From a virus (lineage: Duplodnaviria > Caudoviricetes): 31,952 bases of DNA. The stretch's first letter is position 1. Each line of letters starts with the position of its first letter. The stretch is taken from positions 1 through 31,952 of IMG/VR virus record IMGVR_UViG_3300033406_000030, one strand, 5' to 3'. The notes beneath the pieces were generated by a model that saw only the letters and a list, made by a program, of their open reading frames with translations, was not told the origin of the DNA and made no database searches. Of this stretch, positions 16,277 to 24,662 are shown piece by piece. The translations under genes and the position numbers were made by a program.

Positions 16277-16767
16277 AAGCATTAACACTTTGGCAACCGT
16301 GGGCGATGCTGGTTGCAATTGGAGCCAAGAAGATAGAAACGAGAGGCTGGGCGACTAAGCATAGAGGACCGATAGCGATCCACGCAGCGGCAATGCCGGT
16401 CAATAAGGTTTTAAAAATGTTGTTTCCTATCGGTTCAAAGGGGTGGACGTATCACCCGGAATATGCAGTAATGCAGCGATTGATAAAAATGGCAGAAGCT
16501 GCTTTATGTATTGATGACATTTGCAAAGCAAAACTGCCACTGGGAGAAATAATTGCGATTGTGGACGAAACTGATTGCATAAAAATGACTGAAGAATGGA
16601 TCGGCAACCTTTCCCCGCAAGAACTTGCTTTCGGGTGGTTCGATGTTGGCCGCTATGGGCATATTTACGAAAACGTTCGTCGCATTGACCCTATCCCTGT
16701 AGTTGGACACCAAGGAATCTGGAATTGGGAGCCGACTGAGGAAGTAAAAAAGATGTTGGGGGTGTGA
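16273..16767 (+). CDS. ASCH-domain protein
   Basis: MKALTLWQPWA...GAKKIETRGW...HRGPIAIHA...GHQGIW. Confidence 0.88.
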   Translation: MKALTLWQPWAMLVAIGAKKIETRGWATKHRGPIAIHAAAMPVNKVLKMLFPIGSKGWTYHPEYAVMQRLIKMAEAALCIDDICKAKLPLGEIIAIVDETDCIKMTEEWIGNLSPQELAFGWFDVGRYGHIYENVRRIDPIPVVGHQGIWNWEPTEEVKKMLGV

Positions 16768-17208
16768 ATGATGAATGCAAAAGTATATATAGCAAGTTCG
16801 TGGAAGAACGCAGAGAATGTCAGGTTAATTGCTGACCTGCTTAGAAAAAATAATGTTCAGGTTGATGACTTCACGGACGATAGCCGGGGCCGGTATGTAT
16901 TTTCTTATCTTGACTTACCCGAACATGACAAAATCAACGGCATTGACTTTCTGACGCTAGACCAAGCGAAACGGGCATTTATCGAAGATAAGAAAATGAT
17001 TGATTGGGCCGATGCGGTATTGTTGCTCCTTCCGTGCGGAAGATCGGCGCATCTCGAAGCTGGATATGCCGTTGGAATGGGAAAACATCTGATCATATTG
17101 GGTGAGTTTCCTCCAGGAGAATTTGACGTAATGTATGGGTTTGCAAGCCTTGTGACAAGTGATCTGGTGGAGGCAGTGAAGTATTTTACAGAAAGGAATT
17201 GGTTTTAA
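16768..17208 (+). CDS. Nucleoside 2-deoxyribosyltransferase-superfamily protein
   Basis: VYIASSW...D...IDWADAVLLLLPCGRSAHLEAGYAVGMGK. Confidence 0.8.
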   Translation: MMNAKVYIASSWKNAENVRLIADLLRKNNVQVDDFTDDSRGRYVFSYLDLPEHDKINGIDFLTLDQAKRAFIEDKKMIDWADAVLLLLPCGRSAHLEAGYAVGMGKHLIILGEFPPGEFDVMYGFASLVTSDLVEAVKYFTERNWF

Positions 17209-18110
17209 TGAGCGCCACAAAAATAGAATGGGCAGATAAATCGTGGAACCCGGTTATCGGCTGCACAAAAGTAAGTCCAGGCTGCGCAAATTGTTATGCC
17301 AAGCGGATGGCAGAGAGATTTGCTGGACCGTGGGGCTTGGACCCGGCGAATCCGTTTGCGGTGAAGTTGCACCCAGAAAGACTTGAAGACCCATTGCGGT
17401 GGAAGAAGCCATCAACGGTTTTTGTGTGTAGCATGTCAGACCTGTTTCATGAGGATATTCCTGATAAGTATATTGTTGATGTTCTTTCGACAATAGCTGA
17501 ATGCCAATTTTCAGGGAATAGGCATACTTTTTTATTATTGACAAAGCGTGCGGGCAGAATGCAAGAAATAATGAGCGGCGAAACGATTGCAAACGATGTG
17601 TGGCTACAAACTACGCATGGCGTATCAAGGGGAAAATCACCATGGCCGCTGGCGAATGTCTGGACCGGAGTCACCGTCGAAAATCAGGAGCAAGCCGACA
17701 AGCGGATTCCGTTTCTGCTTGCGACACCGGCAGCGAAAAGATTCGTGAGCGTGGAGCCGATGCTCGGGCCGGTTGACCTTGGGGAATATATGCATGTATC
17801 GCTTATGAAATCTTGTAAAGGTGACTGGTGGACGAAACACGGAATAAATGGACCAGCGCTCGATTGGGTAATCTGCGGCGGCGAATCGGGACCGAACGCA
17901 AGGCCCATGCATCCTGATTGGGCAAGAAGCCTGCGGGACCAGTGCAAGGCCAGTGGAACGCCGTTCATGTTTAAACAGTGGGGCGAGTGGGCACCTTACT
18001 TGGATATTGATTTGAAAGAGTATAACTTTTCTCGCGTCGGCAAGAAAGCTGCAGGCCGGTTGCTCGACGGTGAACTGTGGGACCAGTACCCGGAGGGAGG
18101 CAACAACTGA
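17208..18110 (+). CDS. Phage Gp37/Gp68 (DUF5131) radical-SAM-like protein
   Basis: IEW...WNP..GCTKVSPGCANCYA, SMSDLFH, LTKR, SVEP, WVICGGESG, FKQWG. Confidence 0.92.
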   Translation: MSATKIEWADKSWNPVIGCTKVSPGCANCYAKRMAERFAGPWGLDPANPFAVKLHPERLEDPLRWKKPSTVFVCSMSDLFHEDIPDKYIVDVLSTIAECQFSGNRHTFLLLTKRAGRMQEIMSGETIANDVWLQTTHGVSRGKSPWPLANVWTGVTVENQEQADKRIPFLLATPAAKRFVSVEPMLGPVDLGEYMHVSLMKSCKGDWWTKHGINGPALDWVICGGESGPNARPMHPDWARSLRDQCKASGTPFMFKQWGEWAPYLDIDLKEYNFSRVGKKAAGRLLDGELWDQYPEGGNN

Positions 18111-18349
18111 TGGACAGCTATCGGGCGGTTGAATCCCTAACGTCAGAAATTGACCATCCGACAATCGACGAACGCCGCGAAATCGCCGTTCTGATCGAGC
18201 GCCAGCAGGCAGAGATTGCCAAGAAGGACAGGATGATCCAGGCGGCGCTGGTTCATCTTAATCATTGGGTCAAGGGTCAAGGTGACTGGCGGGAGCGCCT
18301 CGTGAGGGAATCAGAACGGCTCGAAAAAGAAGCGGAGGCAGTGAAATGA
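18110..18349 (+). CDS. Hypothetical coiled-coil protein
   Basis: GGAGG RBS; TGATG coupling. Confidence 0.6.
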   Translation: MDSYRAVESLTSEIDHPTIDERREIAVLIERQQAEIAKKDRMIQAALVHLNHWVKGQGDWRERLVRESERLEKEAEAVK

Positions 18350-18441
18350 CTAACGAGGAACGCGAAACATCTGCATGGTTGTTTTGGTTGGTAGTTGCTG
18401 CTGTGGTTGGTGTATTGATAGGGGAGGGGTTGCAACCATGA
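18346..18441 (+). CDS. 31-aa membrane microprotein
   Basis: ATGA-coupled at both ends; WLFWLVVAAVVGVLIG. Confidence 0.5.
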   Translation: MTNEERETSAWLFWLVVAAVVGVLIGEGLQP

Positions 18442-19169
18442 GCACCACAGTATTAAGAGCGCAAGAAAAAGAAAAATTGTTCCGCAATACTATTGAAATG
18501 CTGAAAGAAACCCTCGCCGCCTCCGAACAGGCGCTTGCGGATGAGCGGGAGAAGCGGGAGCAGGCTGAAATTGTGTTGACGGAAGAACGCGAAAAATGGC
18601 AAACGCGCACTGATTTTTATTGGCAACGTCAATATAATCAGCAGGCGGATAGTTTTAAAAAAGATTATACCTGCTTGGGAAAAGTTTTAGAACATGAAAA
18701 GGGAATGCGGGAGCAAGCCGAAGCGCAGGCGGCGGTGATGCGGGACTGTCTTGGGAACCTTGTCGGTAGAATCGATAACGGAGAGGATTGCTTTGAAGAA
18801 CTTGACCCGCCGCAAGGGTTTTTAGGCAAAACAATTCATCCAAGTTGCATGGAGTATGTCGAAGCGTGCGAAATGTTGGATAAAACTGAAACTGCCGCCT
18901 CCACCCTTCTCGCCGAGCATAAGCGAGATAAGGAAACAATCGCCTCCCTGAAACGACAACTCCAAGCAATGCGAAACTGCTCAAACTGCGAAAAAGCCAA
19001 ATCCCAGTTTTCTTCCTGCCCACTGTGTAAAGACTTAACCATGAAAGAGTGGGAGCCTGACAAAAAGGTCATCATTGCGGGGAAGATCACTGATGACAAC
19101 GAGGGGTTTGTAGAGTCGATCAACGCGCAGGGGCGGGAGTTGCTAAGCAACATAGCAGAAAGGACGTGA
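18438..19169 (+). CDS. Hypothetical coiled-coil protein with CxxC motifs
   Basis: REQAE repeats; CSNC...CPLC. Confidence 0.65.
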   Translation: MSTTVLRAQEKEKLFRNTIEMLKETLAASEQALADEREKREQAEIVLTEEREKWQTRTDFYWQRQYNQQADSFKKDYTCLGKVLEHEKGMREQAEAQAAVMRDCLGNLVGRIDNGEDCFEELDPPQGFLGKTIHPSCMEYVEACEMLDKTETAASTLLAEHKRDKETIASLKRQLQAMRNCSNCEKAKSQFSSCPLCKDLTMKEWEPDKKVIIAGKITDDNEGFVESINAQGRELLSNIAERT

Positions 19170-19174
19170 AATAA

Positions 19175-19957
19175 ATGGCAAAAATCAGCATCGAAGAGGC
19201 CTTGAGAAACAAACTGCCGCTCCCTTGGAAAGTACATGATCAATCAGGCACTAACTTCCTGATCAAGCGCCGCCGCCCGGAAGACCTGACTAATGAACTA
19301 CTGACCCAGTTGCAGGACTTCGGCTTGAATATTGCGCAAATCAAAGAAATGTTTTACATCGATCAAAGTCAGTGGAAAATCGTTCGCGAAAGGCTGGATA
19401 TCAAGGCCGGTTCAGGTAAAGGCAAGAAAAAGGCCGCCGAACCGAAAACCATGTCGATCGGTACGCATACTTTTACAGTAGCGCCGGGAAGAAAAGCGGG
19501 CAAAACAGAGATGCAGAATCGACTTGCCGAAACCGCGCCGAAAGAACTGAAAAAGGTTGTGGTCGCGCCAACGGAATCGGATGCTAAATCAGAGTACGGA
19601 TGGAATGACGCTATCCCCGACATTTCCACGTGGGCAGAATTTACCGGCAAGCCTACCGGTGGTAACACGGGCGGCGACATATTGTCAGTCGGCAAAAAAA
19701 TACACATCGGCTCCAAGGCCAGCACTGCACTGGCAGGATGGGAGCGATGCGCGATACTGGTAAGTCCGGACATAAAAAAAGTCGCACTGCGGAAATCAGC
19801 CACAGGCGTCAAGATTCAAAAGCCTAAAAACTGTTCAGGAGCGGAATTATCGTGTAAGGCGGCTACCGACAAGATTACTGCGTCATATCCGGGCCCAAGG
19901 CAGTATAGATTGCAGGACGCAACAGCAGACTTGGTCATCTTTGCGATGGAGCAGTAG
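19175..19957 (+). CDS. Hypothetical basic protein
   Basis: 260-aa ORF with RBS. Confidence 0.65.
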   Translation: MAKISIEEALRNKLPLPWKVHDQSGTNFLIKRRRPEDLTNELLTQLQDFGLNIAQIKEMFYIDQSQWKIVRERLDIKAGSGKGKKKAAEPKTMSIGTHTFTVAPGRKAGKTEMQNRLAETAPKELKKVVVAPTESDAKSEYGWNDAIPDISTWAEFTGKPTGGNTGGDILSVGKKIHIGSKASTALAGWERCAILVSPDIKKVALRKSATGVKIQKPKNCSGAELSCKAATDKITASYPGPRQYRLQDATADLVIFAMEQ

Positions 19958-19964
19958 GGAGGGC

Positions 19965-20144
19965 CTATTCTTCCGGGTCCAGTATGATTGGGCCGTGTTC
20001 CTGCTCATATTTATCCACGCATTCTTTGACAAGGAACTCGACTTGCGCATTGAATGAACGTTTATTTCTCTTTGCAATGAAAGTGATTTTTTCCAATATA
20101 TCGGGCTCTAGCCTAAGCCCTGTCTGACTTTTAATCGTTGCCAA
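19965..20144 (-). CDS. Arc-family ribbon-helix-helix regulator, 59 aa (not in ORF track)
   Basis: AAGAGGTG RBS, TTG start; MATIKSQTGLRLEPDILEKITFIAKRNKRSFNAQVEFLVKECVDKYEQEHGPIILDPEE. Confidence 0.85.
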   Translation of the reverse strand: MATIKSQTGLRLEPDILEKITFIAKRNKRSFNAQVEFLVKECVDKYEQEHGPIILDPEE

Positions 20145-20165
20145 ATCAAAACACCTCTTATAAAT

Positions 20166-20250
20166 AGTGCTAACAAAGTGCTATCAGAATGCTAACAAAA
20201 TGCTAGCAGAATTCCGAAAGCAATAATAGCAACAAAGTGTTAGCACTTTG
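20166..20250. promoter_or_regulatory. TGCTA-box operator array
   Basis: Four 11-bp tandem repeats A(G/A)TGCTAnCA(A/G) at 20166-20209; near-palindrome CAAAGTGTTAGCACTTTG at 20233-20250. Confidence 0.7.
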
Positions 20251-20281
20251 GGAAGGCGAATCGAGAAAGAGGTGTATTTAC

Positions 20282-20497
20282 ATGATCAACTGGCAGGAAA
20301 TCGAAGACTTAGGCACGGAAGCGGAACAACTCGCCACGATGGCTCAGGCAGTGGAAGACGCCATTGCGTATGGCCCATTTACAGAGAAAGCCTATCACGG
20401 CGCATTAACGCTTCTGACTTCGCTTATCCGCCAACATGCGCAAAAAATAAAGAACGTTTTAAACGTTGAGATATTGGGACCAAATAAGGAGGGGTAG
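20282..20497 (+). CDS. Hypothetical helical protein
   Basis: AAGAGGTG RBS before ATG 20282. Confidence 0.65.
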   Translation: MINWQEIEDLGTEAEQLATMAQAVEDAIAYGPFTEKAYHGALTLLTSLIRQHAQKIKNVLNVEILGPNKEG

Positions 20498-20533
20498 TAT
20501 GACAAAGATGAACGGGTACATAAGGAGCATGCC

Positions 20534-21058
20534 ATGAATGATCCCGACAATATTACCGCTGAACTGAAGGAAGATAATCAACTTATATCTAGTTGGCTGA
20601 TTTATTACCGAGAGCGCAGGCGAGAAGTTGAACTGATGCGGGAAGAAATACTCTATAGAACACAACAACCCGGAGCCGACAGAGTATCTTCTTCCACCAT
20701 TTCAGACCCGGCATATCAACGGGCCGAAGAACTGCAGCGCAAGACGGAGCAGGATATGAAGTGGCTAAAGATCGTTGAAGATGTTTACTCAATACTTGGG
20801 GCCAAGAAAAGATTATTGTTAAAGCTCCGGCAGGATGAGTCTGAAAAGCCTATAACAAAGAAAAAACGCGGCCGACCCGGGTGGGTTATCTGGGTACAGA
20901 TGCACTGGGCTGAAGAATACTCGAAGAGTTCAGGCCTACCTATTGATTGCTGTTGGGTAACGGATGACACGCTGAAAGATTGGTGGCCTGACATAATTAA
21001 CATCACTGCAAGATTGGCAGGTAAGCGTGGTTTGTTGATAGAGGAGAAACAAATTTGA
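20534..21058 (+). CDS. Putative late transcriptional activator (RinA/ArpU position)
   Basis: REEILY...ISDP...WLKIVEDVY pattern; last gene before the late promoter. Confidence 0.6.
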   Translation: MNDPDNITAELKEDNQLISSWLIYYRERRREVELMREEILYRTQQPGADRVSSSTISDPAYQRAEELQRKTEQDMKWLKIVEDVYSILGAKKRLLLKLRQDESEKPITKKKRGRPGWVIWVQMHWAEEYSKSSGLPIDCCWVTDDTLKDWWPDIINITARLAGKRGLLIEEKQI

Positions 21059-21091
21059 TTTTAGGGGGGCCCCGATATTCAAATAAATCTA

Positions 21092-21100
21092 TGTTATTAT
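21092..21100 (+). promoter_or_regulatory. Putative late promoter, extended -10
   Basis: TGtTATTAT with no good -35, directly after the activator gene. Confidence 0.5.
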
Positions 21101-21185
21101 GTAAACTGTGGAGGCGGGCGGGGAGCTGGGACGGAACACCCTGCTACCCAAACAGCCGATAGCCACTAACATAAAGCCAAGCCCG

Positions 21186-21216
21186 AGCCGTAGGCGCACT
21201 GCCTGCGGCTTTGTTG
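21186..21216 (+). terminator. Terminator-like hairpin in the late leader
   Basis: AGCCGTAGGC-gcact-GCCTGCGGCT-TTGTTG. Confidence 0.6.
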
Positions 21217-21471
21217 TACCCATATGAGGGGAGGCGATCAATCATCTGTATTGTGAGACGTTGCAGCCGATTCCGCTGTGACTACCATACTCCAAACGGC
21301 AGCTGCCTTGCCACTGTGACTGACATCAACAGTGACGGACAATGCAGTGCGTATGTGAGACGTAAGGAGACGGGCCCGGCTGTAACAGAGTTAATGCGTC
21401 AGCCAGCATGCAACTGCCAGCCGACAATCAGAGGATACAAGAGCAAGCCGGCAGGGGGGGTGATCAAGTGA
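21211..21471 (+). CDS. Cys-rich small protein (DUF1540-like); start uncertain
   Basis: C....CDYH....C.A....I...GQC..Y pattern. Confidence 0.45.
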   Translation: MLYPYEGRRSIICIVRRCSRFRCDYHTPNGSCLATVTDINSDGQCSAYVRRKETGPAVTELMRQPACNCQPTIRGYKSKPAGGVIK

Positions 21472-21683
21472 TGAGAGCGTTGATAGTGTTAGTTGCTAAG
21501 GGGACGGGGGCTTTCCTATTATTAACCGTAAAAGCGATGGGATTCGTTATTATTTCTATGGCTGTAGACATTGGCCTCTTAATTTATGGCAGTGCTATCT
21601 TTGAACCGGAATCAACGTTTACAGAGCGTATGACGTTGTTTCTTGTGCTTATGATTTTTTTTCGAGAGCCAAAGCCGAAGTAA
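21468..21683 (+). CDS. Hypothetical membrane protein
   Basis: Hydrophobic ORF coupled to the previous stop. Confidence 0.5.
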   Translation: MMRALIVLVAKGTGAFLLLTVKAMGFVIISMAVDIGLLIYGSAIFEPESTFTERMTLFLVLMIFFREPKPK

Positions 21684-21770
21684 TGGACTACATAATCATT
21701 CATAGTGCATATCTGGATAGCAGCAAGGACTGACGGGATGGTGTTCGTTTGCGGTGCGCATATGTGGCGC

Positions 21771-21840
21771 GGGTCCTCCCACGAAAGACAGCGAGGACAG
21801 GGGTCGCGAAGCCCCCAAATGTTTTCTAGATACGAAAAAA
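21771..21840 (+). other. cos: Putative cos site (cosQ plus cosN)
   Basis: GGGTCCT (21771-21777), 23 nt, GGGTCGCGAAGC (21801-21812), about 120 bp upstream of terS. Confidence 0.72.
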
Positions 21841-21930
21841 TCATGGCATTTTCTTTCAGGAATTCAATTTTCGATTAGAATGTGCAAAATTCAATATTTT
21901 TTCTAAAAAAGTGTAAGGGCGTGGTCAAAG

Positions 21931-22443
21931 TTGACCGAGCGAACAATACAAATTGACTCGAAAACTTGCGTGGCATCTTCGGCGATTGCGGCATTGATCG
22001 GACTTACCCGCCCAAGAGTCGATCAGCTTGCCAAAGAAGGAGTTTTCAACAAAAACGACGCAGGGAAATATCCACTGACAGAAAATATACGCCGGTGGAT
22101 TGCCTATAAAACTTCATCCAATAGCGGAGAGACCAAAGCTGACGATGAAAGAAATATTCACGAGAAGATTAAGCGTGAAACGGCTGAACTAAAACTGGCG
22201 CGACTAAGAAACGAGGTTCACAATACCAAAGATATTGAGCTCATGGTTGGAGGAATGCTAACGATTTTCAAACGCCGCATGCTGAGTATTCCGCACAAAA
22301 TGGCCATGATGCTTGCGGGCAAGTCGGAAGATGATATCGATGAAATATTATCAGCAGAAATAGAATCGGCGCTAATAGAATTATCGCAGTTCGATGCGTC
22401 GAAACTATCCGAGGCTGGTTATGATGATTCAGAAGACGATTGA
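21931..22443 (+). CDS. terS: Terminase small subunit (Nu1-like)
   Basis: N-terminal wHTH (IAALIGLTRPRVDQLAKEG...Y) and coiled coil; directly before gpA. Confidence 0.85.
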   Translation: MTERTIQIDSKTCVASSAIAALIGLTRPRVDQLAKEGVFNKNDAGKYPLTENIRRWIAYKTSSNSGETKADDERNIHEKIKRETAELKLARLRNEVHNTKDIELMVGGMLTIFKRRMLSIPHKMAMMLAGKSEDDIDEILSAEIESALIELSQFDASKLSEAGYDDSEDD

Positions 22444-24289
22444 TCTGTTCAAGGGTCTTCTTCGAATGGTTTCTCCGCCGCCGCGAACCAGTGTATCTCA
22501 GTGGGCGGATGAAAATAGATTTATCCCTGCGGACTATGGAGCAGAGCCTGGCAAGTGGAATAGCGACCGAGCGAAATATCAGAAGCCAATTATGGACGCC
22601 TTTACTACTAAGGGCGTCCATAAAGTTGTGGCCATGCTTGCGGCGCAGCTGGGGAAATCAGAAATACTATTCAACGTCATAGGGCGATTCATTCACCAAG
22701 ACCCCTGCCCGATGCTGTTGGTTCAGCCGACCATTGAAGATAGCGAGGACTTTTCCAAAGAGCGCTTTACCCCAACGGTAAAAGTAACTCCGGTACTAAA
22801 AAAGCTAATTTCTGATTCAAAGTCGCGCGACAGCAACAACACAATGCGAAAAAAGAACTTCCCGGGTGGGTATCTGGCGTTTGTCGGCGCCAATGCTCCT
22901 TCCGGATTAGCGAAACGGTCAATCCGGGTGCTTTTGTTCGATGAAGTTGATCGGTTCGAAAAATCAGCTGGGTCAGAAGGCGACCCAGTTGATATTGCAT
23001 CAAAACGAACATCAAACTTTTGGGACGCGATTATAGGACTGTTTTCCACCTGTACAGACGAGTTTTCCCGCATTTTAGCCGAATATTCACTGGGAACACA
23101 GGAAGAATGGCGGCATAAATGCCCAAATTGCGGAGAATATCACTGGGTTACGTTGTGGGACATGCGATACGAATACGCAACGTTCGAAGTCGATTGCAAA
23201 AAGACCTATCGCGTCGACGCGGTATTCTGGCGTTGCCCTGATTGCGGCAAGGAATTTATCGAACAACAGATGAAAAACGCCGAACAGATGTATATTGTGC
23301 AAAATCCGTCAATTACATCGGTCAGGTCTTTTCGCGTTAACTCGTTTGCAAGCCCGTGGGTCAGCTGGAAAAATATTGTCGGCGAATATCTTGACACCAA
23401 CGAAGATCCCCAAAAACTTAAAGCGTTCATAAATACCCGCCTCGCTGAAATTTACAAGGAAACCGGTGAAATAAAAGACGAGCGGGTCTTAATGCAGCGG
23501 CGCGAACATTACGATGCTGAACTTCCGGACGGTGTGTTGCTTCTGACGGCGGCGGTTGATACCCAGGACAACCGACTTGAATATGAAATTTGCGGATGGG
23601 GTGAGGGTGAAGAATGTTGGGGAATCAGAAAAGGTGTCGTGCTTGGGACCCCGGATAAGGCAGCGACATGGGCTGAGATGGATCAGCAACTTGACCGACT
23701 CTATTGTTTTGCAAATGGTGTCAGTTTGAAAGTGGCCAGAACCTTTATCGACTCCGGCGGCCATTACACGAAAGAAGTTTACCAATACTGCTTCGCAAAC
23801 GGAATTAAACAAAGGGTCGCTATTAAGGGACATCGGCTTGCCGGCGTCCCTATTTTATATAAATTGGGGCAGGCAACGGGATATGCAATTCCCCTGATGA
23901 TGCTAGGCGTATCCGAGGGAAAGCAGTATGTGATGCAGCGGTTGATTAATGTCACAAACCCCGGTCCGGCATACTTTCATTTCCCGAATAACGAGCTAAG
24001 TGGTTACGATCAACTGTATTTTCGCGGACTCATTGCGGAAAAGCTGATGCCCAAAAAAGTCCGCGGGCAAATGGTCAAAGTGTGGGAAAACATCGCGACG
24101 GACGGGAGAAATGAACCGCTTGACCTCAGAGTCTATAATTTGGCCTGTCTTTATAGCATAAATCCCGACTGGAAAGCTTATAAAGCTGCGATTTGCGGCG
24201 AAAACACAGTAGCAAATAGCAAAGAAAAGGCTGGGCAAACGTCAAAAAAACAGTACGGATGCGTCAAAAAATCACAAGTTGCAGTATAA
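22421..24289 (+). CDS. terL: Terminase large subunit, lambda gpA family
   Basis: SQWAD, AQLGKSE, LLFDEVD, EGDP, CPNCG/CPDCG, AVDTQ, IDSGG, RNEPLD. Confidence 0.95.
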   Translation: MMIQKTIDLFKGLLRMVSPPPRTSVSQWADENRFIPADYGAEPGKWNSDRAKYQKPIMDAFTTKGVHKVVAMLAAQLGKSEILFNVIGRFIHQDPCPMLLVQPTIEDSEDFSKERFTPTVKVTPVLKKLISDSKSRDSNNTMRKKNFPGGYLAFVGANAPSGLAKRSIRVLLFDEVDRFEKSAGSEGDPVDIASKRTSNFWDAIIGLFSTCTDEFSRILAEYSLGTQEEWRHKCPNCGEYHWVTLWDMRYEYATFEVDCKKTYRVDAVFWRCPDCGKEFIEQQMKNAEQMYIVQNPSITSVRSFRVNSFASPWVSWKNIVGEYLDTNEDPQKLKAFINTRLAEIYKETGEIKDERVLMQRREHYDAELPDGVLLLTAAVDTQDNRLEYEICGWGEGEECWGIRKGVVLGTPDKAATWAEMDQQLDRLYCFANGVSLKVARTFIDSGGHYTKEVYQYCFANGIKQRVAIKGHRLAGVPILYKLGQATGYAIPLMMLGVSEGKQYVMQRLINVTNPGPAYFHFPNNELSGYDQLYFRGLIAEKLMPKKVRGQMVKVWENIATDGRNEPLDLRVYNLACLYSINPDWKAYKAAICGENTVANSKEKAGQTSKKQYGCVKKSQVAV

Positions 24290-24302
24290 ACAAAGGGGGA
24301 AA

Positions 24303-24662
24303 ATGACAATGACGCAAAAAGGGGCCTATCAACTGATTGTTAATTTGTTAAAAACAGGGGGAGAATCGCTGAATTTGGCCGATGTTTTGGCCGGATCTTC
24401 GACAATTTCCGGTGCGGTAGTAAATGTTACTACTGCAGGGTCAAGAGTACAGCTGCCAGATATAGACTGCAGAGAAGTAACTGTAATTGCAAAAAGAACA
24501 AACACAGGGTCAATTTATGTCGGCGGAGTTAACGTTAGCTCTTCCATTTATGGAGCGGAGTTGCGGCCAAGGGACAGCATTACCCTGTCTTTGTCGAACG
24601 CCAACATGATATATATTGACGCCGCGGTTAACGGGGAGGGAATTAGTTATGTCGCAATTTAG
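24303..24662 (+). CDS. Hypothetical beta-rich phage protein
   Basis: GGGGG RBS; VTVIAKRTNTGSIYVG. Confidence 0.65.
   Translation: MTMTQKGAYQLIVNLLKTGGESLNLADVLAGSSTISGAVVNVTTAGSRVQLPDIDCREVTVIAKRTNTGSIYVGGVNVSSSIYGAELRPRDSITLSLSNANMIYIDAAVNGEGISYVAI

Noticed and set aside
20166-20250. CIRCE element or mini-CRISPR
   Set aside because: TTAGCACT resembles a CIRCE half-site, but the TTAGCACTC-N9-GAGTGCTAA arrangement is absent. An operator for the adjacent RHH gene explains it better.
21100-21210. tRNA in the late leader
   Set aside because: No GTTC T-loop or cloverleaf could be built.
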